In this document: in pieces, positions 52,561 through 62,211 of the stretch
Layout: the number at the start of each line of letters is the position of its first letter
How positions within the stretch are numbered: the first letter of the stretch is position 1
NCBI GenBank assembly: GCA_963735805.1
Contig: CAVTMK010000002.1
Coordinates: 896,001 to 960,000 of the forward strand
DNA: 64,000 nt
Origin: an uncultured Verrucomicrobiae bacterium
GTDB taxonomy: Bacteria; Verrucomicrobiota; Verrucomicrobiia; Chthoniobacterales; UBA10450
Direction: 5' to 3'
Made by a program: the position numbers and the translations under genes
The notes under the pieces: model-generated
Seen by the model: only the letters and a program-made list of their open reading frames with translations
Databases searched by the model: none
What the model was told of the DNA's origin: nothing

Positions 52561-53901
52561 ATGCAACCCCAGCCGCCTCGTAATTCGCTTCCGAAAAATC
52601 CGACCGTAGAAACGTTCGGAGCGTTGCCGCCCGGCACGACTCAGCGAACGCTTGCCATCATTATGGGCGGGGGCGCGGGCACACGTTTATTCCCGTTGAC
52701 GAAAGACCGGGCCAAGCCGGCGGTGCCGCTCGGGGGCAAATACCGGATTGTCGATATCTCGATCAGCAATTGTCTGAACTCCGGGCTGCGGTCGATCTAT
52801 GTGCTCACGCAATTCAACAGCATGTCGCTGCATCGACATATCCAGGACAGCTACAAGTTCGACAATTTCTCGCGCAGTTTTGTGGATATTCTGGCGGCTC
52901 AACAAACCCCTGCCGGGTCGCAATGGTATCAGGGAACCGCCGATGCCGTCCGGCAAAACATGCGCTATTTCCTGGAGCGTCCCTTTGATTATTACCTGGT
53001 CCTAAGCGGGGACCAGCTTTACCGGATGGATTTTCGTGCCCTTCTACATCAGCACATCCGGTCCGGTGCGGACATTACGTTGGCCACCAAACCCGTGGCG
53101 CGGCATCAGGTTCCCGAGTTTGGCATCATCCAGAGTGGGGTTGACCGCCGGGTCACGCGATTCGTCGAGAAACCAACGGACGAAGTAGTATTGCAGGAAA
53201 TGAAAATGAGCCGGGAGCTGCTCGGTGCCATCGGTTCCAAGGAAGAGCAAGAATTGTTTCAGGCTTCGATGGGAATTTACGTCTTCAATCGCGACGTTCT
53301 GATACAATCGTTGCAGAATGATCTGGTGGATTTCGGCAAACACATCATCCCGTTCTCGATCAAAGATCGGCATGTCGGCGCATTTATTTTTCAAGGTTAC
53401 TGGGAAGACATCGGAACAATCCGCGCTTTTTACGAGGCGAATCTGGATCTCACCGATGTAGTGCCCGAGTACAGCTTTTTTGAGCCCGAGTCTCCCGTCT
53501 ACACGCATCCGCGTTTTTTGCCGGGGAGCAAAATCAACGGCGCCACTCTGCGGCAGGCGATAATTTCGGATGGATGCATCATCTCGGATGCGCACCTAGA
53601 GCGATGTGTGGTGGGAATACGCAGTGTTATTCAAAGCGGTGCGACGATCAGGAACAGCATCGTAATGGGCGCGGACTATTTTGAATTAGAACGAACAGAT
53701 TCGTCACAGCCGCCGATCGGTATTGGACGCAATTGCGTCATCGATCGTGCCATTATCGACAAAAACGCGCGCATCGCCGATGGGGTGGTGATTACGCCGG
53801 AGGGCAAACCGCCAAATTTGGATGCGGACAATTATTTCATCCGCGATGGCATTGTTGTGATACCCAAAAACGCAGTCATTCCAGCCGGTCTCTGGATTTG
53901 A
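52561..53901 (+). CDS. glgC: Glucose-1-phosphate adenylyltransferase (cyanobacterial/plant-like type)
   Basis: GGGAGTRLFPLTKDRAKPAVP, QFNS, WYQGTADAV, YWEDIGT, GIVVIPKNAVIP. Confidence 0.96.
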   Translation: MQPQPPRNSLPKNPTVETFGALPPGTTQRTLAIIMGGGAGTRLFPLTKDRAKPAVPLGGKYRIVDISISNCLNSGLRSIYVLTQFNSMSLHRHIQDSYKFDNFSRSFVDILAAQQTPAGSQWYQGTADAVRQNMRYFLERPFDYYLVLSGDQLYRMDFRALLHQHIRSGADITLATKPVARHQVPEFGIIQSGVDRRVTRFVEKPTDEVVLQEMKMSRELLGAIGSKEEQELFQASMGIYVFNRDVLIQSLQNDLVDFGKHIIPFSIKDRHVGAFIFQGYWEDIGTIRAFYEANLDLTDVVPEYSFFEPESPVYTHPRFLPGSKINGATLRQAIISDGCIISDAHLERCVVGIRSVIQSGATIRNSIVMGADYFELERTDSSQPPIGIGRNCVIDRAIIDKNARIADGVVITPEGKPPNLDADNYFIRDGIVVIPKNAVIPAGLWI

Positions 53902-53978
53902 ATTTTAGTCTTGAAGGTAGATCGCTACTCCGACAGGCAATTTTCCCAAAAGCGTTTAGGACAACGCGTTTCACCCGG

Positions 53979-54188
53979 CTAACGCCGATCGGTCATGTTC
54001 TGGAACTGCCCGCCACTAGTCTCCCATTGTTCCTGTTTGTTCCACGGGATTGACGTGTCGTGATGGTCGTCTGGATCGCTGACCAGACGAGCATCCTGTT
54101 GTGCCGCGCACGAGACCATTACTGTCCCTAATGTGCATACCAAAGCAGAAAAGATGAGCCTGCGAAGCTTACGGATTTGTGCCAGCAT
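53979..54188 (-). CDS. Small putative lipoprotein
   Basis: Basic N-terminus, hydrophobic stretch, MVS|C lipobox-like site; IPWNK..WE. Confidence 0.6.
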   Translation of the reverse strand: MLAQIRKLRRLIFSALVCTLGTVMVSCAAQQDARLVSDPDDHHDTSIPWNKQEQWETSGGQFQNMTDRR

Positions 54189-55014
54189 ATATCACACTGT
54201 CTCCAGGTTGCATTTGGGCGCCCAGCGCCAGACTGTTGCTGATGATATCGCCGATGGCCGTCGACGGTTCAACTGAAGAAATGCGAATTTTTCCGATTAA
54301 AGTTCCCTCCCGCAGAACAAGCATCTCGGCATTGGATTCGACTCCGTGGTGAGTACCAAGGTTTAACACCACGAAGTTGTAGGCCTGATTTACAGCGAGG
54401 ACGGTGCCGCGCAAACCTGTTCGGCGCGGGCTGGACTCGCGTACGGTTTCACGCCGTTTCTTTCCCTCCTTTGATTGACCTGCGTGCTCCTGGATGTCCT
54501 GAAGTTTTTGGGAAAGGAAAGCTTTCTCTTTTTCCGCACCGTCTAGTTGACGACGAAGATCATCAAGTTGCGCTTCCAAATCGGCTCCCGCCGCCGTCGG
54601 AGCGGGGCTCTCAACTACTGAACCATTTGGATTTTTTCCTGCTTCTTCGGCGCGCTGCTGCAAAGTGGCGATTTCTTTCTGGTTCTGGTCTAATTTTGCC
54701 TGCAAATCGGCCTTCTCTTTCTGCATCTGCGCGAGATCGGCTTCGGCTTTTGCCGCTCGATTTTCTGCTTCCACGACTTTACCCTGTTCTTGCTTTGCCA
54801 CCGTTCCAGCACCCGGCGGAGTATTCAGCTTATCGCGGACGTGCCTCTCGGTTGAATCGCGCGCAGCCTGTGCAGTCGCCACAGTTGCGCGAAGCGCCTT
54901 CAATTTTTGAGTGTTTAGAAAGCCAAAAAATGCTGCTAGTACGAGCAGCAAAATGGCAAGGCTAGCCACGCTTTTCGGCGTGGAGGAGGATACCGCCGAT
55001 TCCCGGTGCGTCAT
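54169..55014 (-). CDS. Membrane-anchored coiled-coil protein with C-terminal beta domain
   Basis: N-terminal TM, heptad region, GTVLAVNQAYNFVVLNLG..G motif. Confidence 0.75.
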   Translation of the reverse strand: MTHRESAVSSSTPKSVASLAILLLVLAAFFGFLNTQKLKALRATVATAQAARDSTERHVRDKLNTPPGAGTVAKQEQGKVVEAENRAAKAEADLAQMQKEKADLQAKLDQNQKEIATLQQRAEEAGKNPNGSVVESPAPTAAGADLEAQLDDLRRQLDGAEKEKAFLSQKLQDIQEHAGQSKEGKKRRETVRESSPRRTGLRGTVLAVNQAYNFVVLNLGTHHGVESNAEMLVLREGTLIGKIRISSVEPSTAIGDIISNSLALGAQMQPGDSVIYAGTNP

Positions 55015-55157
55015 TGGAGAGTGTATGTATGGAGTGGTGCCTTTTTAAATGAATCACGCAGAAACGCAATCTTGAATTCAAGTTGCGATGCGGGGGTGAA
55101 AAACAATCGGGGTTCAATCGGATTGCGTTTCTCATTGTTTCAACCGATAGACTTCCT

Positions 55158-55298
55158 ATGGGACAACAGCACCGCGTACGAGACAAGCGCAAACGACGTA
55201 GAGCGTATCTGGAGCGCAAGAAGACAACGCTGCGAGCAAGTGCTGTGCAACCGGCACCGGGCAAGCGGGCAAAGAAGGAGCCTGCTGCGGAAGAGTAA
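55158..55298 (+). CDS. Small very basic protein (46 aa)
   Basis: MGQQHRVRDKRKRRRAYLERKK...; lies directly upstream of the NYN gene. Confidence 0.55.
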   Translation: MGQQHRVRDKRKRRRAYLERKKTTLRASAVQPAPGKRAKKEPAAEE

Positions 55299-55315
55299 AT
55301 TCGATTTAGGTCGTA

Positions 55316-55738
55316 ATGCCGCAACGCGACCGTTATCTGATCGTCGATGGGCACAGCGTTATTTTTGCATGGTCTGAATTGCGCAAGCTCCAGGCGCGGC
55401 GGTCTTCCCTCGCGCGTGAAGCGTTGATCAAACGATTGCGAGATTATCAAGACTGGACCGGTGTGCGGGTGGTAGTGGTCTTTGATGGCAAAGGAAGAAA
55501 GATCGAGACGACCTCCGAACCGGCAGACGTGCAGATCTTTTATTCCCGTACGGGCCAGACGGCCGACGCCATCATCGAGCGACTGGCCAGCAAATACGCG
55601 AAACGATTTGAACTCATGGTAGCTACTTCTGATTCCATGGAGGGAGAAACAGTTGAGGCGTGCGGCGCAGAATGGATCTCGCCGGAAGCGTTACGCGGAC
55701 TTCTTGAGCCGTTGGATCGTAAAATGTTGAAGCGTTAA
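55316..55738 (+). CDS. NYN-domain (YacP/Rae1-like) putative ribonuclease
   Basis: LIVDGHS, VVVFDG, TADAIIERL, VATSD. Confidence 0.88.
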   Translation: MPQRDRYLIVDGHSVIFAWSELRKLQARRSSLAREALIKRLRDYQDWTGVRVVVVFDGKGRKIETTSEPADVQIFYSRTGQTADAIIERLASKYAKRFELMVATSDSMEGETVEACGAEWISPEALRGLLEPLDRKMLKR

Positions 55739-55793
55739 ACGGCGATGCTAGTGGGATGTGTCCTTTTATTGCTTTAAGAATTGTTAGGGAATT

Positions 55794-56807
55794 CTAAAGC
55801 CCCAGTTTCTTCTCAATCTCCTTCACCCTTGCAAAGAGTTTTCCGAGGCGGCGAACCCAGGCAATCTGTTGCTTTGCTTCCGCAAGCGGTACCGCGGGCG
55901 ACGCCCACCACGCCCCGCCGTTGGTGTTCTTGGAGATGCCACTCTGCGCACCGATGGCTGTGCCATCGCCAATCTCGATATGTCCAATGATACCAACCTG
56001 ACCGCCAATTAGGACACGCTGACCGATCCGGACACTGCCGGCAATTCCAGTCTGCGCTGCGATCACGGTATTCCTGCCGATCACAACGTTGTGCGCGACC
56101 TGCACGAGATTGTCGATCTTTGCTCCTTCTTGGATCCAGGTTCGACCAAAACGGGCCCGGTCGATCGTGGTGTTGGCGCCGATCTCGACGTCGTCATCGA
56201 TCTGTACAATTCCAAGCTGCTGAATTTTCTCCTGGCGGCCATCGACCATTTCAAATCCAAATCCGTCCGCGCCAATTACCGTGCCGCTGTGAATGATTAC
56301 ACGCGATCCAATGCGGCTTCGCTCCCGAATAGTTACTCGCGGATAAATCAAACAGGCAGATCCGATCATCGTCTCATGGCCGACATAGCTTCCTGCGCCA
56401 ATGATTGTGTCATCGCCGATTTTGACGCCGTCTTCGATGACTGCACACGGCTGAATTGATACGCCTTCTCCGAGCTGTGCATTTGGTCCGACAATCGCGC
56501 TTGGATGAATTCCCGGGGCAAAGGTGATCGGTTTCGGTGCAAATTTAGACACCACCTGTTCGAATGCCTTCGTAGGATTGGAGACGCGAACCTGTGCAAC
56601 TGCGAGTGGTTCAGCAAAATCGGATGGAACGAAAACAGCTGAAGCCCGGGTCTTACGCAGGAGGCCGACATATTTTCGATTGGCGAAAAAACTAATCTCT
56701 CCGCTGGTGGCCTCACCCAATGATGCAGCGCCAGAAATCTTTAGCTTTGGATCGCCAACTAACTCACCGCCAGACATGCTGGCCAGTTCTTGAAGAGTCA
56801 AAGACAC
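55794..56807 (-). CDS. lpxD: UDP-3-O-acylglucosamine N-acyltransferase
   Basis: Hexapeptide repeats, IGADGFGF, GANTTIDR, KIDNLVQVAHNV. Confidence 0.96.
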   Translation of the reverse strand: MSLTLQELASMSGGELVGDPKLKISGAASLGEATSGEISFFANRKYVGLLRKTRASAVFVPSDFAEPLAVAQVRVSNPTKAFEQVVSKFAPKPITFAPGIHPSAIVGPNAQLGEGVSIQPCAVIEDGVKIGDDTIIGAGSYVGHETMIGSACLIYPRVTIRERSRIGSRVIIHSGTVIGADGFGFEMVDGRQEKIQQLGIVQIDDDVEIGANTTIDRARFGRTWIQEGAKIDNLVQVAHNVVIGRNTVIAAQTGIAGSVRIGQRVLIGGQVGIIGHIEIGDGTAIGAQSGISKNTNGGAWWASPAVPLAEAKQQIAWVRRLGKLFARVKEIEKKLGL

Positions 56808-56883
56808 GGAAAAGGTAACTCGCTAAATAGTTGAGCGTTGCCAGCTTCGCCTAGGCTACGGCAGCCAGGCAAGCACCGAAGCA

Positions 56884-57732
56884 TCAGGGCACATTTGGAT
56901 TTTTGGGCCAACGTGGCGGGCGCTTTTCAATAAATGCCTGAACGCCCTCGAGCGCGGCTTCATCCATCATGTTGGAAGCCATAGTCTGCGCAGCCGCTTC
57001 ATAGGCTTGGGCAATGACAAGTTCAATTTGCCGATAGAAAAATTCCTTTCCCATCGCCACCGCGACACGCGGTTTTGCGATGATTGTCGCAACGAGTTTC
57101 TCAACTTCTGCGTCAAGTCGTTCCGGTTCTACGACGCGATTAATTAACCCATGCGCTTTTGCTTCTTCCGCGCCTATAAATTCACCCGTTACGAGCATCT
57201 CAAACGCCATCTTGCTGAAAACGTTGCGAGATAGCGCGACGCCCGGCGCTGAACAAAAAAGACCCAGGTTAACGCCGCTGACAGCGAACTTCGCGGTGCT
57301 TGCGGCAACTGCGAGATCGCACATGGCCACGAGTTGGCACCCCGCCGCTGTCGCGATGCCCTGAACACGAGCGATCACCGGCACGGGTAAACGCTGAATC
57401 GCAAGCATCGTTTGGGAACACTGATTGAAAAGCCGCTCGTAGTAATCAAGTGATGGCTTTGCGCGCATCTCTTTTAGATCATGACCGGCACAGAACGCTT
57501 TGCCTTCCGCTGCCAAAACAACGACCCGCGCCGCCTCGTCTTCGGCTATTGTGCCAAATTCGCGCTGCAGCGCCGACAGCATTGCTTCAGATAGGGCATT
57601 GAAAGCGTGCGGTCGGTTCAATGTCAGCGTGACGACGGCGCGCGAATCCTGGCTGCGCAAGACAACGGGTTCCTCGCGCCCCGGCGGTTTAGCGGTTGGT
57701 GCAGGTTCGAGTGATACAGAAGAAGTTTTCAC
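56884..57732 (-). CDS. Enoyl-CoA hydratase/isomerase family protein
   Basis: LNRP..FNALS, FCAGHDLKE, AAGCQLVA.CDL. Confidence 0.92.
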   Translation of the reverse strand: MKTSSVSLEPAPTAKPPGREEPVVLRSQDSRAVVTLTLNRPHAFNALSEAMLSALQREFGTIAEDEAARVVVLAAEGKAFCAGHDLKEMRAKPSLDYYERLFNQCSQTMLAIQRLPVPVIARVQGIATAAGCQLVAMCDLAVAASTAKFAVSGVNLGLFCSAPGVALSRNVFSKMAFEMLVTGEFIGAEEAKAHGLINRVVEPERLDAEVEKLVATIIAKPRVAVAMGKEFFYRQIELVIAQAYEAAAQTMASNMMDEAALEGVQAFIEKRPPRWPKNPNVP

Positions 57733-57883
57733 GGAGTGCGACCTTTAACGCTACCGCTGAAACTCAAAATCTAAAATCCGAAAAATTTAGTTTCCGTTTG
57801 CAGCGACTGGCAACATCATCTGGCGAGCTTGGGAGACCGCAACAATGCGCAGCCCGGATTGATTAGATTAATTATTCTAACTT

Positions 57884-58690
57884 ATGAAGATCGTCGCGAT
57901 CGCTAATCAGAAAGGCGGCGTGGGTAAAACCACAACGGCTGTGAATCTCGGCGCCGCGCTGGCTGAAATCGGACATCGCATTTTGATTATCGATCTTGAT
58001 CCACAAGCGAACGCGACCAGCTCATTCGGCTTACAGGCAGTAGAGCAAACCAGTCTTTATGAGCCCTTGCTCGGCGGCGCCTCCATTACTGAAAGGATTT
58101 TTCCGACCGAACGCGAAGCATTGTTCATTGTGCCCGCTGATCTTGATCTTGCCGGCGCTGAGGTCGAGATCGCGCGGATGCCGAACCATCTTACCCGCCT
58201 GGCCGAAACGCTCCAGCCGCTTCATGTAGATAAGACATTTGATTTCGTTCTTCTGGATTGTCCGCCTTCGCTTGGAATCCTGATGACCAACGCGCTTGCC
58301 GCCGCCGACGAACTCTTGACGCCAATACAGTGTGAATATTTCGCGCTGGAAGGATTGGTAAAAATTGTGCGGCTTATCGAACAGGTACGAGGCTCAGGCG
58401 CGAACAAGCGCCTCCAGCTCGGCGGCATTGTCATGACCATGTTCGACGGCAGGACCAACCTAAGCGAGCAGGTCGTTGCCGAGGTGCGCCAGCATTTTGG
58501 CGAGCGCGTTTACCAAACTGTGATTCCCCGGAGTGTCCGGTTGAGCGAGGCGCCAAGCTTTGGAAAATCGATTCTGGAGTACGCTCCGAGTGGCGCGGCC
58601 GCGGAAGCTTATCGCGCTCTGGCGCGCGAGTTCATCGAGCGCCAGACTCCGCCAGCCATTGCTCCCGACTCATCGCAAAGACAAGCGTAG
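57884..58690 (+). CDS. parA: ParA/Soj family ATPase
   Basis: NQKGGVGKTTT, DLDPQANAT, DCPPSLG, IPRSVRLSEAPS. Confidence 0.93.
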   Translation: MKIVAIANQKGGVGKTTTAVNLGAALAEIGHRILIIDLDPQANATSSFGLQAVEQTSLYEPLLGGASITERIFPTEREALFIVPADLDLAGAEVEIARMPNHLTRLAETLQPLHVDKTFDFVLLDCPPSLGILMTNALAAADELLTPIQCEYFALEGLVKIVRLIEQVRGSGANKRLQLGGIVMTMFDGRTNLSEQVVAEVRQHFGERVYQTVIPRSVRLSEAPSFGKSILEYAPSGAAAEAYRALAREFIERQTPPAIAPDSSQRQA

Positions 58691-59159
58691 GAAATCCGCG
58701 AAACACCGTCTCTTTTTCGATTTTCATTCCGTTTTTCTCCGACACGCGGCGCGAGGCGATGTTGTCAGGATGGATCAGCGAAATGACCCTGGGTAAACCT
58801 AGGTCACGGAAGGCGTGACTGCGTACAGCCTGGGCGGCCTCGCTTGCAAGTCCACGATTCCAATAATCGGGATGAAGTCGGTAACCGATTTCAATTTCGT
58901 TCTTTCCATCCACCTCCTGGTGAAGGAAACCGCAATAGCCAATCAGCTCATTGTTTCTGCGAAAAATCACCGCAAACTGCGAGGGGAGTCCAGCCTGCGT
59001 CCACGAGAAAAATTTCTGCAACACGCCCTGCGTCTGCTCGCGCGTGCATGTGCCGAGCGAAAAGCGCATGAAATCGCGGTTTGCCATGAGTTCGGCGAAA
59101 CGTTCGATGTCTTCTTCTCGGAATGAACGCAGAATCAATCGCGGCGTTTCCAGAATCAT
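58632..59159 (-). CDS. RimJ/RimL-like GNAT acetyltransferase
   Basis: LETPRLILR, EIGYRL...YWNRGLASEAA, NIASRRV.EKNG. Confidence 0.92.
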   Translation of the reverse strand: MILETPRLILRSFREEDIERFAELMANRDFMRFSLGTCTREQTQGVLQKFFSWTQAGLPSQFAVIFRRNNELIGYCGFLHQEVDGKNEIEIGYRLHPDYWNRGLASEAAQAVRSHAFRDLGLPRVISLIHPDNIASRRVSEKNGMKIEKETVFRGFPTLVFAMSREQWLAESGAR

Positions 59160-59209
59160 TTGGTTAAACAAACTCGAATTCCAAGGGAGTTGCGATTCCT
59201 AATCGAAAG

Positions 59210-59851
59210 ATGGTCAGTGCCACTGAGGAATATGCGCGGCCGGCCCAGCCGCCAGACACGTCAAGCCTGGCAGAGCTACGCCGGGCGGCGAGCGAATGCA
59301 CGGCGTGCCACCTCTATAAACGGGCCACGCAGACCGTTTTTGGTGAGGGCCCGAAAAGCGCGGCGATCATGCTGGTTGGCGAACAGCCGGGCGATTACGA
59401 AGATCAAGAGGGTAAGCCGTTCGTTGGACCAGCTGGAAAAATCATGGATCAGGCGCTGGAAGAAGCAGGAATCGATCGCATGGAAGTTTACGTCACGAAT
59501 GCTGTGAAGCATTTTAAATGGGAGCCTCGCGGTAAACGCCGGATTCATCAGAAACCAAATTCGCGGGAAATAGCGGCCTGTCGTCCCTGGCTGGAAGCGG
59601 AACTGCGCCTTGTTAAACCGAAATTGCTGGTTTGCCTCGGAGCGACAGCGGCACAAACCGTTTTCGGTCCATCATTTCGTGTTACCCGCGAGCGCGGAAA
59701 GGTACTGTCATCGAAACTTGCTCCGAGGGTTCTCGCTACGGTGCACCCATCATCTCTTCTTCGACAGCCGGACGAAGAGTCGCGGCAACGCGAGTATGAT
59801 CGATTCGTTGTGGACCTTCGTGCAGCACTAAGGGCAGCCAGTAAAGAATAG
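59210..59851 (+). CDS. udgX: UdgX-type family 4 uracil-DNA glycosylase
   Basis: CxxC Fe-S ligands, GEQPG motif, KRRIH R-loop, HPSSLLR. Confidence 0.9.
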   Translation: MVSATEEYARPAQPPDTSSLAELRRAASECTACHLYKRATQTVFGEGPKSAAIMLVGEQPGDYEDQEGKPFVGPAGKIMDQALEEAGIDRMEVYVTNAVKHFKWEPRGKRRIHQKPNSREIAACRPWLEAELRLVKPKLLVCLGATAAQTVFGPSFRVTRERGKVLSSKLAPRVLATVHPSSLLRQPDEESRQREYDRFVVDLRAALRAASKE

Positions 59852-59901
59852 TTTAGCGATTGTTGGGGCATTCGGACGGCGGAGCGCGCGGCGTCCCTGC
59901 C

Positions 59902-61092
59902 TCAATCTACCACCGCGACATCTCGGGTTTTGTACTCCGCAACAAACACTTTGCGAAACTGATCGAACGTTCCCCGTTCAATTTGAACGCGCGCTTCATT
60001 CATTAGATTCAAATAAAAATGCAAGTTATGCAGAGTGATCAGGCGTAGCCCGAGAATTTCTTCCGCTTTGATCAGATGCCGAATGTAGCCGCGCGAAAAT
60101 TCGTTACAGGCATGGCAGGCGCAGTTTTCTTCGATCGGGTTCTTGTCCAGAATAAACTCCGCATTTTTTAAATTGATTGTGCCTGTAGTGGTAAAGGCAG
60201 TTCCATTTCGGGCGAGTCGCGTCGGCAGGACGCAATCAAACATATCCATTCCGCGGGCGATCAACTCCAGCAGTTGCGGTGGAGTGCCGAGCCCCATCGC
60301 GTAATGCGGCTTATTCCCGGGCAGGAATGGCTCGGCCCATTCGACGGCCTGCATCATTTCCTCCTCCGGTTCGCCTACGCTCACGCCGCCGATGGCGTAA
60401 CCATCGAAATCAAGGTCGACAATTGCCTGAGCACTTTGCTTTCGCAGGTCCTCAAATGTTGCGCCCTGGACTATACCGAAAAGAAGCTGGCATTTCTTTT
60501 CTTCCGTGGTGGCAACCGCGTCGGATTCATTCTTGAGTTTCGCAGGCGACACGCCTGCCGCCACGGCTCCCTTGCATCTCTTCGCCCAGCGCGTTGTCAT
60601 CTCCGCGCTTTGCGCTGCGTAATCATATTCGCATGGATACGGAACACATTCATCGAGGGCCATCGCGATGTCGCCGCCGAGCAAGGTCTGAATCTCCATG
60701 GCGATCTCGGGTGATATGAATGCTCGTGCCCCGTCGAGGTGGTTTTGAAATTCAACGCCCTCCTCCGAGATTTTGCGTAGCCTCGAGAGGGAAAAAATCT
60801 GATATCCGCCACTGTCAGTCAAAATGGGTCCATCCCATTTTCCGAAGTTGTGCAGGCCTCCAAAATGTTTGATCACGTTCAGTCCCGGCCTAACGAATAG
60901 ATGGTACGTATTTCCAAGGATGATTTGCGCATTTAGTTCGCGCAATTCCCGAGGGCTAACGCCTTTGACCGAACCCTGCGTTCCCACCGGCATGAACGCC
61001 GGCGTATGGATGACGCCATGCAGGGTCGTTAGGCGTCCGCGTCTTGCTTTGGAATGTCTATCGATGGCCAAACATTCAAAGTTTTTCTGCAT
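59902..61092 (-). CDS. tgt: tRNA-guanine transglycosylase
   Basis: TPAFMPVGT, NTYHL, TDSGGYQ, DMFDCVLPTR, CACHAC zinc site. Confidence 0.97.
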   Translation of the reverse strand: MQKNFECLAIDRHSKARRGRLTTLHGVIHTPAFMPVGTQGSVKGVSPRELRELNAQIILGNTYHLFVRPGLNVIKHFGGLHNFGKWDGPILTDSGGYQIFSLSRLRKISEEGVEFQNHLDGARAFISPEIAMEIQTLLGGDIAMALDECVPYPCEYDYAAQSAEMTTRWAKRCKGAVAAGVSPAKLKNESDAVATTEEKKCQLLFGIVQGATFEDLRKQSAQAIVDLDFDGYAIGGVSVGEPEEEMMQAVEWAEPFLPGNKPHYAMGLGTPPQLLELIARGMDMFDCVLPTRLARNGTAFTTTGTINLKNAEFILDKNPIEENCACHACNEFSRGYIRHLIKAEEILGLRLITLHNLHFYLNLMNEARVQIERGTFDQFRKVFVAEYKTRDVAVVD

Positions 61093-61288
61093 CTCAATGA
61101 GAGATTCCTCGACTCCGCTCGGAATGACAAATGCAGTGTAAAATATTTTTTGCAGATCACGATTTCCCCTCTATATTCGCGACCCACCGCATCAGGCGCG
61201 TGAGAGAGTTTGCTGCGCAACCTGGGCGGGTTTTTTGTCGCCCCGCGCACGACGCTTTTGGCGGCGCTTTGTTTTTAGAATTTGAAAA

Positions 61289-61711
61289 ATGCCTACGATT
61301 AATCAGCTGATTCGCAAAGGACGCCGAAAGGTATCGGTGAAGTCAAAGTCACCGGCCCTGATGGATTGTCCTCAGCGTCGCGGCGTGTGCGTCCAGGTGA
61401 TGACGCGCACACCGAAGAAGCCGAATTCTGCGCTGCGCAAAGTGGCAAAAGTGCGGTTGACGAATGGCCAGGAAGTGATTGCCTACATTCCGGGCGAGGG
61501 GCATAATTTACAGGAGCACTCGATCGTGCTTGTGCGCGGGGGACGCGTAAAGGATTTGCCGGGTGTGCGCTATCATATTGTGCGCGGAACGCTCGATGCG
61601 CTTGGCGTTGATGGGCGCCGGCGCGGCCGCTCCAAGTATGGGGCGAAGCGTCCCAAAGGTGGTGCTGGCGGAGGCGGCGCGGCGAAAGAGGCCGCTGCAG
61701 AAAAGAAATAA
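61289..61711 (+). CDS. rpsL: 30S ribosomal protein S12
   Basis: [27 protein letters not shown]. Confidence 0.99.
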   Translation: MPTINQLIRKGRRKVSVKSKSPALMDCPQRRGVCVQVMTRTPKKPNSALRKVAKVRLTNGQEVIAYIPGEGHNLQEHSIVLVRGGRVKDLPGVRYHIVRGTLDALGVDGRRRGRSKYGAKRPKGGAGGGGAAKEAAAEKK

Positions 61712-61732
61712 TATTGGACAGGAAGATCGACA

Positions 61733-62206
61733 ATGTCGCGACGGAAAAGAGTTTACAAGAAAGAGGAGCATGTCGATTCCCGTTATGGGAGCCCGGCGGT
61801 GGCGCGGCTCATCACAACCGTAATGAAGTGCGGGAAGAAATCGTTGGCGGAGCGAATCGTGTACACAGCGATCGACAAATCCCGCGAAGGCTCTGATTCG
61901 GTCGATCCGCTGGAAGTTGTAAATAAAGCAATCGAGAATGTCCGTCCGCGACTGGAAGTAAAATCACGCCGAGTTGGTGGAGCGACTTATCAGGTCCCCA
62001 TGGAGGTAACGCCAGCACGACAAATTTCTCTGGCTACTCGATGGATCGTCCAGTACGCGGACAATCGCAAAGGAATGCCCATGGCGGAAGCGCTGGCGCA
62101 GGAGATAAAGGACGCCGCAGGAGGCCAGGGAAATGCGATCAAGAAACGCGAAGACACTCATAAAATGGCGCAGGCGAATCGCGCGTTTGCGCATTTCAGA
62201 TGGTGA
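61733..62206 (+). CDS. rpsG: 30S ribosomal protein S7
   Basis: [30 protein letters not shown]. Confidence 0.99.
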   Translation: MSRRKRVYKKEEHVDSRYGSPAVARLITTVMKCGKKSLAERIVYTAIDKSREGSDSVDPLEVVNKAIENVRPRLEVKSRRVGGATYQVPMEVTPARQISLATRWIVQYADNRKGMPMAEALAQEIKDAAGGQGNAIKKREDTHKMAQANRAFAHFRW

Positions 62207-62211
62207 TGATT

